Source: Amoebophrya sp. A120 (Eukaryota > Protista > Dinoflagellata). From it: a stretch of 64,000 nucleotides of DNA. The stretch's first letter is position 1. Every line of letters starts with the position of its first letter. Position numbers and translations under genes: made by a program. The stretch lies in assembly GCA_905178155.1 (NCBI GenBank), contig CAJINV010000008.1:124001-188000 (forward strand), read 5' to 3'. This document shows positions 1 to 11,200 of the stretch, in pieces. The notes below the pieces were generated by a model, which saw only the letters and a program-made list of their open reading frames with translations, was not told the origin of the DNA and did not search any database.

Positions 1-296
1 GGGAGTCCGCACAGGTGATATCATATTCGTCGCAATAATCCGCACTGTACTGATATGAAAGACAAAGCTGGACCTGTGTCAGTCGCTGTCGGAGATGCTT
101 TCTATTCGATATTGTGTCGGTTCAACATCATCATGCTTTTTAGAATGGAGCAGGAACTACACCCAGCACGACTGCTGGATGTACTGAAGTAGTTGCAGCA
201 CCACTTTATCAGGAGTCCGCAGTCTGAAAAGCCAGAAGATTTCTAGTTCCGCGTAGTTTTTCGAGGGCGTACTAAGGCAGGTATGACTATGATATA

Positions 297-1490
297 TCAT
301 GACACCACAGATGCAAACATAGCAATACCAGCGAAGGAGCTGCCGTCCAGATGACGACCTGACCGCACCACAAGCCTTCGCGTTCGTACATTTGGGTTAG
401 AATCGTACACGGCCTTGAGCAGTGCCAGTTCGTACTGACGCCGGTGCTCCTTGACGAGGTTGGAACCTGCGCTGCTCCCCACGGCTGTTTCGTAGTCCGC
501 AAGGAAGAGCTGCAGCAGGTCTAAGGAGTACTGCGCGCTGCTCTGCTTATGCTGAAAGTTCTCGCTCAGTTGGAACTGCGGCACCACCAACATCATGGAC
601 AGGACCAGCATAATGACGCGCCTCGTTGTCATGTCGCTGAGTTTCTTGCCCACGCGGGACTCCTGCACCGCGTTCACGCCGTCCTGTTGCAGCATGGCAA
701 AGTTTTCGTCTTCGAAGTCGATCAGGTCCTCTTCCTCACCCGGCGCCACGCGTTTCGCGTAACCCTCCTCCGCTTCCTTCTTGCGCTTGCGCTCGAGCGC
801 CGCCTTCACCTTCTTGCGTTGCTGCTGGTCTTGATACTGCTTGTACAGTTTCACGATTCGAATCAGTCGAATCATCCGCAGTACCCGCAAAACGCGCGCC
901 GCCTGTGTACCTGGGACAAAGTTTTTGGAAAAAAGAAGCCTATTTCATAATCATCACTCATGAGTTTATTTGCCGTCATGCGCATGCTTTCTGGATCTGG
1001 ACCATGCTCCACTGTAAAGAATGGCGCCAACAACTGTTTCTTTCATTTCCAGCACGACTACAATATGTACACCGAGGTGGACACGACCGAGATGATGTCG
1101 TCATCTGTGTCTATCATTTTCACCTGCTTTGAGTTGTCCCGTACCCCCGCCGGATATCAGCTTTGCTACGCTAGTGATGTCGAGAATCAGCGACAGTGTG
1201 GCGATCACGTCGAGGTAAAAGAAGAACGAGAGGAAGTAGTCCTCTTTTCCCAGACTCTGGGCCACGCATTCTAGAAAGAATACCGCAAGTGCCACCCCAG
1301 TAATCCAATCAAAGATAATGTCGGCCGGTTCGCTCGTGGTTGCTAGCCGCAAGTCGTCACCGAACAGGGCATAAATGGTCAGAATCATGGTAAAAGTGTT
1401 AAAAGCCGGATCGTCAACAATGTTCTTGCACAGCCTCGTGACATATCGACTACAAAAGGAGCGGCGGCCTTGTCCTCGCCACATTGACAT
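297..1490 (-). CDS. Alveolate-type adenylyl cyclase alpha-like protein, N-terminal ion-channel-like region (partial; probably runs off the left edge)
   Basis: Exons ~1124-1450 and ~390-910 joined by GT-AG intron 911-1123. Motifs LTIYALFGDDLRL, FFFYLDVIATLSL, S4-like AARVLRVLRMIRLIRIVKLYK and ESRVGKKLSDMTTRRVIMLVL are typical of alveolate channel-cyclase fusions. The cyclase domain is not visible in the window. Confidence 0.75.
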
Positions 1491-3319
1491 TGCGTGAGAA
1501 GGCTGTCATGATGATGCATGATGACCATGACGATACTACACATAGCAAAAACGCCCTCGTCCGCGAAACGTCAAGAGAACCTAAGTGCAACTCCGTGTAG
1601 TTCTTGCACAAGGCAAGGCCACGACGCTCCTTTTCTTTTCATAGCAGTGCCCGACTGAGTTGACCTCCGCCGGTGTCCACCCCAGCAGCACGGAAGAGAT
1701 TTTTCCGGTCTTTTGTGCCGGTGGTCCCGGCAAGCTGATGCCCCTCCACCGCCATGATTCCAGACAGCCCTTTTTTTTAGGTGAATTTCGATGAGCCACC
1801 GCCTGCTGCAAACTCGCCAGATATCGCTGCCGTCGGTACGAGGTCACGACTGTGGCTGTGACTGCAACCGCTTCATGAATTGCTCACTGTAGCTGATTGC
1901 GGAACGCGTGGCAAAGGACACTTGCCCACCACATAAACCCACAATCCACAACAAGCCCTGCCGCAGAGGGCCAGGGATCTTCTCCCGATCACGATGTGGT
2001 CATGTTGGTCATTTTGGGAGGGTGTAGGCTTGACGACATGAGAATAACGAAACCTTCACATAGATAGAGCATGAAAAGGATATCGATATCCGCGACCCAC
2101 ATGAAAAAACATAAATGCAAACATTCAATTTCAATTTCAATTTATTCACTTCACTTCATTGGGTGGCGGTTGGCGGTGGCCTCTTCGCATGTGGCTCACT
2201 AGACCGGGGCAGGGAACGACGCAACGCTATTTGTTCAACAGCGAGACTACAACCCTATTTGTTCAACAGAGGAGTCGAAATGAGAGGAGACTCGATCTTT
2301 CAGTCCTCGCGCGCGCAGGGACTAACTGCGCGAGGCTCTTCGTTTCAGCGCCCTTACTCCGGGGTCGCATCCGGAGTGTACTGCTTCGTGAGGTCCCAAC
2401 CCAGTTGCACTATCAGAATAATCCATAGATGAATACGTGCGTGCACAGCTCGCTGAATTAGAAGATGGTCAACTACAATTCCTTCGCCTTTCGCTCACCC
2501 TCTTGTTCATATCAATTCCACTCTTCGTGTGTTTCCTTGATTCTTGGCGTGTCGTGATGAAGAGCTCCTAACAAGTTCTGGAGCCAGAACCCACGGCACC
2601 CAACGCCAACATCGCGCGGTTGCATGTCTTCTCGTATTTATTAATTTACATGTCAGCGAGACATAAAGTCCGTCTCCCATCGCATCCTTTCATTTTTTTT
2701 TTACGCGCGATGCCGATGGCTCGCTTTGTCGTGCTACGACCGTGGTTTGGCGTACAAGCATGATACCGAACACGCAATAATTTATTGACGAAACAGCAGC
2801 AGCACAAGCAAGACAATGTTGCACTCCTGCATCACCAGCAGCATCGTCATCAGGTACGGTGATTTCTTTCGCGACCCGCCAAGCGGTACATTAGCCGCAC
2901 AGTTAGTTATTTGGAAACAGCGGACTGCAGCAAGGATGACGCAGTTAAGTAATCGTGATTCATCTGGGCGGTAGAGCGATTATGAATTCAGGGGGGAAAA
3001 TAAACGAAACTCCTTACCTTCACTTTAGTCTGGGAACAGACACTGAAAATATGAGTCACAAGCTTGATGGGGTAGGGCTACTTACTGTCGAGTCAGTGAC
3101 AGTGTCGTGCGTCCCCGCCTTTTCCAACGGACACATAATAGGAAGAGGGGATCATATTTGATTTGACAACTGATGTGTTCACGGTTACGGGCAGAAATCG
3201 AAACAATAACAAACTGTATCAAAGTGCAAAATTCGAAGTTCGAAGGAAGACCTGAAACTTCCTAGAGTACGATGAGGTGTCTTATTGATTCAGCGAGCAG
3301 TTGCTTTCGACCTTACTTA

Positions 3320-3960
3320 CTTAGCCAGTCCGTCGCGTGTCTGCGTTTGACAAACAAGAGAAATGAGTCGAGGTAGCTTTGTTCCACTACTCTCCGCTCC
3401 TTCTTGTACTTCTTTCAGACCACCGTCAAAAAGGTAGTTGGATCTTTCCAATTTTCCCGCTCCTTTTCTGCAGCAGTTCCGGTTTCGTCATCGTCGTCTT
3501 CGTCCTGATATATAAATTTTCCGACAAGTTTGTGCCTGTGAAGGCAACAGAAAACGAGATTCCGATTCGGCACGAAAAGAAAAAAGAGGCATGCTACTGC
3601 TTACAATGGTAATTCTTCATTTCGCATGGAGGTTCGCGAGTAGATGCGGCAGGGATAGGCTTATGTTGTAACAGCTGTGCTCGTCGTCCTGTGTCCATCA
3701 GGCGAAAGTGAAAGAATGAGTACCTGTAGTTTCTCAGGACGAGCAGATGCGAGGTCGTGGCTGTCGTCCGTGTCTTGAGATTCGGCGCGACTTCCAACAG
3801 CTGCATCTTCTTCACCGTGGCTCCTGTTCGGGCAATTACAGACAAAAGCATGCGCAGCGGTGCGAGGACTCGTAGCGGTGATTTGCTGTCCCGCACCAAT
3901 ATCGGTGCTTTGTTGCAGAAAGGATCCGGAGCACGAGCACCCGCCTCCGGCGTCTACTGT
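3320..3960 (-). CDS. Possible exons of an unknown protein, or a C-terminal extension of the LPMO gene
   Basis: ORF 3594..3899 joins through a GT-AG intron (~3535-3723) to an exon reading HKLVGKFIYQDEDDDDETG..., which ends at a GTAAGT donor near 3320. Frame choice is uncertain and the exon contains an in-frame TGA at 3415-3417. Confidence 0.3.
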
Positions 3961-4687
3961 AGAGTTCGCGCCGCCGGCGTCTCCTGCTGGAGCGTTTGAT
4001 TCACCCGCCCCTGGAGAGTTCGCGCCGGCCGGCTCTTATACATAGGGAAGCTTGAGCTTCATCAACCTGAACCTCTTCGTGAAACTTATATAAATGAATC
4101 ACAGTCGCAACTCTCTGTGACAAAAATCACAATTTTGTACATGCCCATGTCCCAAGTAAAAGTGTCGGTGCCGCTCTTTCTTCCTGCCTGAGAATCAGTT
4201 ACTCGTCGAGGACTAGGAAGGACGGACCAGGGCGTATGTTTTCTACATAAAAGATATCAACCGTACATATACAACATAAATGAAGACTGAGACCCTGACA
4301 TACTCTTTGATGGCGTACACGTCGCTCACGGAAAGTGCGCCAAGGTAATCGTATCAAAGGTGCTACGCAACGAACGAGGAAGGTTGAGTTTTCGTGTCTA
4401 CTTCATAACGGCTGGAAGTCCGCCGGGGGCGACCAAGGTGTTCCGCCTTGGCCACTGCCGCTCCCGTCTTTTGACGGCAAATGAATCGAAAACTATGCAA
4501 GCCAAACCTGTTGCGGCCGTAGCGCGTTCAAATTTGATCTACAAAACGGCATAACAAACAAATGGAAATCATATCATGACGTCATAGATGCAAAACGGGG
4601 CTCGTCGCTTGCTTCTGACATTGTCATTCCACCAATTCATTATGATTATCATCGGCAAACGTTAAGATCATTGACTTAAATTCATTT

Positions 4688-6703
4688 TTATGAGTGGCGG
4701 AGGACGAAACTCCTATACCGTGTCAAATTCAGGTATAACATGATTCCCCGTGTGCGAAAATCGAAATGCTCGCGTGCATCAGATGAAAACGAAATTTTCG
4801 TTTTCAAAATTTTCGTTACGAAAATAAGATTTTTTATCGGCTTCATGAGGTTTGGTTCTAAGCATACAGGCAGTCCCTTCGGCTCTGGCCATTCTGTTTG
4901 TGTGGATCCATCTGACTTGAGCACCTGGACGTCCGCACAATTGCGAAACTCTTCGGGGTGTGTTTCTCCCTGGTGACACATTTGGTTCAAAGCCACTCCA
5001 GTCCACTTCATCGTTGTCCCCAGCGTTTCCTCCTTGTTCCACTCCTGCCATTCCGCGCTGCTAAAGTAGTCGACCATCTTTTGATCTGGAATGCAGGTGT
5101 TTGAGGTCTTTCAGACCCATTGCAGCGTGCAATGTTGGCACTCGAAATTACGGGGAATGTCGTAATACATGAAATGGAAACTTTGCACCTGTTGGTCATA
5201 TTGCAGATCCGTTTCCGCCTGCTCATCGCTCGAAAACGTGTGCTCTCCCTTTTCCAGTGGAGGCGTGTACCACCGGCCTTCCTGGCCCGCAAGTCGGGGT
5301 TGGCAGTCCGCATCGGACTTTTTGGCACCGCAATTCCGGAGGCTCGGGTCGGACCGCCACAGTGGATTTTCGTCCAGGGCTTTTTGGGCTTCGGCGTTGG
5401 GAAGTTCGTGGTCGATCAATTTGTCGGACAGATAAAACTCGTAGAATCCATTGTGGTGAGTGCCGATGCCGATTACAATGTGATAGGCCAGACCGGCTCG
5501 AAACTGATTGGCGTGGGGACTGGACAGTGCAACAAGGGCGAAATCCACGTCCGTCAGTGCGTACCGCATGGGCTGCTGCTCAAAATCGTCCGGGTCCCAC
5601 TTTTGCGACGGATCTTTCGAATTCACTTTCATCCCATCGGCACCGCACTGCTTCGAGTTCTGCCGAGGATCGCCGCAGAGCCCCACGGAGTTGTAGTCTG
5701 TGGGCAACTTGTCGTTCGCGTTAGGCCCACACTTTTGTGAAAGGAAATTCTTGATCGACATTGAATGTGTCCGAGTGGTTACGGCAACTGCAATAATTTT
5801 CACGAGTACAACACGGCAAGCGGTTCACCTGCGTGGTCTGCGATGAAGGGCCTAGCCTCGTTCGCGATTTCTAACAAGAGGAATCCATTTGCATTTGCTA
5901 GATGCATCACATAAATGAGGAGCTATTTTCCATTTTTTTGGCATTGACGAAGATGACAAGATCAAGGGCAAATCGCTTTTCTGAATGAGCTAACCAGTAC
6001 GTCCCTCTTTTTGATCTTCGCCTACCTGCATCTGAGGACGCAGCCGCACGGACACACTCTGAATATTCAAGTCGATCGCGATTTCATTTCGCTTCCATAA
6101 CATCTGCATCGAGGTCGGATTGTAGTTGAAAGTGCGTCCTTCTTTGTCCGGCCATCCGTTCAAGTTGAAAGACATGTCTTGGAAGCTACTGCTATCCTGT
6201 GCAAAAACATTCCCGGCGACCCATGATCACCACGCTAGTACGTGCTGCCGTGTGATGAGATCACGTTCTATGCTGTCAAGAAGTGCGACACTGTCAACAT
6301 GCAAGCATGAGAGGCTTCGTGCAGTTGAAATCGCCCCCTGTCGTGAATCAGCCTCGTCTCTTCGCCTCTCTGTTTGCAAATCGAGGCTGAGGCGATTGGT
6401 TTTGGTTGCACAATGATATTATAGGCCGCATCAGGAAAGGCGGCCCTGGTGTCCGCCCTCATCTGGGACGACATTATGCCTGCACCGCTTGTGTGTCATT
6501 TGGGCAGCATGGGGACGTGTTGACACGGGATAGCTATACGGAGCACTGTATGGCAGGCTCGGAGAGAAAGGGTGCTGGTTGTACCACAAATTCCGGCTGA
6601 TTGGCACGGCGAGCAAGGAGTGCGAGCTTGCGAATATTACCACCGAAGGCTGCATAAGCCATACGTGGTAAACGAAAGCAAAGTTTGCAGGTAACTGCAC
6701 CAT
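4688..6703 (-). CDS. Secreted lytic polysaccharide monooxygenase (AA10/AA15-like) with an in-frame TGA
   Basis: Signal-like N-terminus followed by HSLLAVPISRN (His1 at 6620-6622). Further motifs: GLCGDP, FRAG...GTHHNGFYEFYL, CQHCTLQWV(TGA)KTSNTC, PEEFRNCADV. ORFs 5111..5803 and 4688..5077 are in the same frame. Exons ~6524-6703, ~5995-6196, ~4830-5787; 3' end uncertain. Confidence 0.8.
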
Positions 6704-8268
6704 CGGTCGTTCTTTGTCACCTCCAATATTAAAAACAAGAACGATAAAATAACCGCACTCCAGTACGTAGTCTCCTGGCGAAGCACCACAGCCTCAAAAA
6801 ATGTTCTTTTCGTCCGGAAGCAGCTTTACGGAATAAAAAAAGACCCAAACTCAAACCTGAAGATGAAGGGGTGCTTCACGTCACTTCGGCGGTGGCTGGC
6901 TTACTAGCTTTCTTTGACCCTAGCCAGGCGGCAACGGGGCCAGAAGCAACTAAATAATGGCGCTTGGGAAAGGCGTGCCTGAATCTCAATAACAATAGGG
7001 CACTGCGCTTCTTCTCCTGTATATAATCCTGTGTCATTGAGTAGTACTTGTACGTAGTGGTAAGAAATATACGTATCAAACCCGATAATTACTGGTGGCT
7101 TTTTTACTTTCATGCCAAAAACTGGACGAAATGAACAACGGAACTCTATTGATGACTGCGAGGACATAACAGCCGAAGGCTGGCACGATAACGATGGGAC
7201 GACTTCGATTTCTTGCAATGTCCGGACGAAAGAGGCTGGAGAAGGAGAACGAAGGCCACGCAAGGCAATCAGAAACAAAAATGACAGTGGACGAAAGAAG
7301 GGGAAGAACATCGACATCGTTGTTGCAAATAGAAACTGAATGCCACTTTCTTATGGTCGTCTTGGTCAAGGAAAAGATTGCAATTGAATTTGAAGTTGAA
7401 CTTCTGACCTTGGTCTCTACCGAACGTTTAGTAATATCGCTGAACTACCACAGGAGCAGCGGCAGATTTATATTTTGCAGTCTCGCGGACACGTGAGACG
7501 GGATCAGTTCCATACAGGTATAGGTAAATTAATTGCGGGATTCCTGTACGAGTACCGCTAGTGCTAGTCGCAATACGTGTTGGTTGAAGGATTCAGAAAA
7601 GTGTTTGTGTTGTAGTACGTGTAAAGCGATTTAAGATACGAGCGCTGAGTTCTTTAGTTGAAACTTGGCTTCCTGGATCTCCAACAGGAGCAGGGGGGAT
7701 ACAAATTACTTAATTCTGAAGCTCGATACAGCCGTAAATTCAGCTGCCGCGGATTGAGGCACAGCAATGGGGCGGACACATCACTGGCCTGATTTTTTTA
7801 CATTTGTGTCTCAGTCTTGGCGAAGAACGCTTGATAGTTTTTGAATTTATTTTATTGTTTATTCAAAGAAAACGAGCAAAAGGGATAACGGTAGCGCAAT
7901 ACAGATGAGTTTCTTCTTTTACAATGAGAATGGCTCTACAAAGAGCACTAGCTATTCATATCGAGGAGTGTCGGATACCACAGATAATCTAGTTTAGCAT
8001 GTTCAACAAAATAACCAAAGTAAGTCCTTGATATTGTTTTCAGTTGAAGTGTCGTCAAAGTCATGCCGCACAACTGGTTTATCAATCTCTATCTTCACGG
8101 ATCACGGTTGATTCTGCCATCTTCTGGGTGAACCGAATGGGTCTGCTAGCTCCGTCTTGAAGATTTGATCTACGCACTAGTACCAGCAGGACGAGTACGT
8201 GAAAGATGTAGTTAGATCCACCTCGCAATAACTGCAACAAGTGCTGTTATTTGATTTTCGTGCGGTCG

Positions 8269-11200
8269 CTACAACTGATGTGGATCCTGGGACGCTTTAC
8301 TCCTGGACATCGAACGCAGGCTTGGCTGTCGCAGCTTGGATGTGACAGGAGGATAATCAGATGACCCTTCACCAGAGCCATGTCGCCCGCGCACCGACCT
8401 CGCGGGTCCCGCGCTGGAGTGTTGCATTATAGTGGATCCGCCCGTCACGCGGGGGGGCCTTCCAAAAGCTCCTTTCGGTGGCGAAGCCCGCATCAGTGCG
8501 TTTTTACTTGTCCCACCGGTGCCCGAAGCCGCAGAGAGCTTCCGCGGCTGATCGGGTTTCGTGTTCTTAGCGGCCGTCGTGCTCAGCGCCTTGCTTTGAT
8601 GCTGGCCTATTTGCGCAGCGTTGTTCAAACTCTGACTCAGGAAGTTCAAGTTGTGTTGCTGAGACGACGAGGAAGAGCTAGCATGCTGCATCGGCGGTTG
8701 AATGTTCGCCATCGGGTCAACATTCTCGTCAGTGTTGCCACGCGATCGCGGGCCAGCACTGTTCGATCGGTAGTCGCGGTCGCGGCTATTATTGCTGCCT
8801 TGGCGCGAAGAGGACTTGGGGGCCTGAGCACCACGTGCTGCCGCTTGTCCTCCGCGGTCGCGGCTGTGACTCCGGAAGTCACGATCTCGACTGCCACTCC
8901 GAGACCGCGCAAAACTTGTCTCGAGATTGAAATTGTTGTTCAAACCGGTACGGCTCGTGCTTGCCAGCGGATTCCTGTTGTGTCCCGGAAAGTAGGACGT
9001 GCCTTGCGACGAGTATCCTCCACCTGAGGCTGGCCCGGTGCCAGCAGAGGCCTGCTCGAAATGACGACCCGAAGAACTAGTTGCTGCTCCAGCCCCAGAG
9101 TTCACGTTCCTGCCATTCGGTTTCAAAACGACCGGTGGCGCACCGTGGGGGGTGTTGTGGCGAAGGTTCGAAGTTGATGCGGCGGATGAATGGTTCACAC
9201 CACCACCACCACTTCTGCTATTGGCGATCGGCTCGATTGCCGGTCGTGTCCGCGCGGAAAAGCCGGCTGGCTGTAGGGCTGCCGCGCTGGGATTCTTGCT
9301 CAGAGCTTGCGGTCTCGGACCCCGGAGCCCGGTATCTATCCGCGGCGATACTTGTCGGACGAATCGAGCAGTACTGTTTGGGCCACGATTCCCGTTCCGT
9401 GGAGAGTTGGGTCGTTGAAACGAAGCGTTCAGCTGACTGCTCTGCTGGGCGGTGTTCTTCTGCTGTGCAGAGGAAGAGCCCGCCGTCCCTCGCCGTGCTG
9501 CAGGGGCAAAGTTGTTACTTCTCGACGGAGTGCTGCTCGCGTTCGCCGGTGGTCCTCCCTTCGGGGCGGAATTCACCCTACTCCCAAACGCAAAGTTCTG
9601 CTGGGTCAGATTGATGTTGGATCTGTTGGCAGTTGCGCTCCTCTTCTTCCCGCGTTCTGTGCTTTGAGGCCGGCTGGGAGCGCCGGCTGGAACGGTGCTG
9701 GCTGCTGCTTTGAAGGCAGTCGCAGCCGCAAAGGGCTGGGACGAAACTTTATCTGACGAAGGTCGCGGTGACGAGGAGAGTCTGCTTCGGGCGGAATTCG
9801 GTATCGGTTCGTTTTGTGAGGATCGACGTCCCTCTGCTGACAGCGGAGCGGTTCCGAATCCGATCAGGTCGACGAGCCCCGCTCCTCCAGAAGCAACGGG
9901 AAGCTCCGCGACCGCGGGCACCCCTTCCGCTCTGCCACTGCCGCTGTGGCGCGGCGCAGCCTGGTCTTGAAGACGTTGGTCCCTGGTGTTGCTTGGCGAC
10001 ACCGAGGACATTTTTCTGCTGCTAGCACCACTCCGCGCGTTCGGGCTCACGCCACGCGTCATCAGATCGCAGTGCACCGCCTGCACTTCTGGCTCTCCAG
10101 CACTTGCAGTTGGCGGAAACAATGTTGCAGCTGCTGCTTTCGGAGACGCATCCCGACCGCTAGCGCGACCCTCTTGTTGGTCAAGCTCTGGCTCATGACG
10201 AGCATTACTTGATTCAGCAGGAGCGAGAGTGTTTGCTCCAAAGCCAATTTGCTGTGCAGAACTGGACGCAGCCAAAGGCGAAGGCTGGCGGAAGCTGGAC
10301 CGACCTAGTGGCACACGTGCTGGCGAAACTGCGTTGCGGAATGGCGGTTTGCTTTCCTGTCGCAGCGGCCCCGAACCTGCTCTCGCACCGGCGGATATTG
10401 AACGCGGCGCGGAAGCAGACCCTGATAGTTGAAGAGAGAAAATGATGGCAAGGAACTGCAGCCGGTGGTCGCAAGAACACACATCGTCAGAATAAAATAC
10501 TATTTTCATCTGACTGTAGAGCGCATTCATTCTCATTTGAAATTGAATTTGCTACAATCCCACCCTGCACCTATCTGCTCACTAGAAGAACAACTACGAC
10601 TGCACAAATTGACCGCAACTAACAACTAAGCATCGAAGTAGAGCGAGTATACAAGAGCCGGCACTTGTTCTCACGACCACGGGCAGTCATTCTATGGCAA
10701 CATAAGGAAGAATGTGGACTACAAAGTCAATGTAGAAAAAAATAGCTGCCTGGTGGCAACAAGAATACGTGCGCGCTCTCCGGAGTGGCTTCTGGTTCTG
10801 GGCCGAGATGCCGCTCGATGGTTGTTTGGGATATTTTCCGCTGGGTTCAACAGGTCGTTGCTGCCACTCCGACCACGTCCGAAGGCCACGCCGGCTGCCC
10901 CGCGGGCCGTCGGCGTAGCGCCGCGCGAGTAGGTGATACGCTGGGGCGGCTGGTACGTGTCGAAGCTTCTACTACGCCCGCGCACAACCGCGCCACCGCG
11001 GTTCATGGTGCTCGAGGATGCCGGTGCCTGTGGCACGGGATGGCTGAAGTCGTTGAATTTTTTCAGCGTGCTCACTTGGTAATTTTTCGGCACCGCCAGC
11101 TCCTCCATGCGGGCGCGCTGTTCGGCGGCCGACCTCTTCCCCTTTGCCTTGGAAGACACAGCGGCTCCTGTCTTCGGGCGAGCAGTGGAAGACGTTGCCC

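Noticed and set aside
1580-1760. Frame MAVEGHQ...RALL(TGA)KEKERRG as another UGA readthrough site
   Set aside because: A stop-free frame of the same segment matches the phase of the next acceptor, so no recoding is needed.
5111-5113. Selenocysteine interpretation of the TGA
   Set aside because: The aligned position in the family is Trp, not Cys, and no SECIS was recognised by eye.
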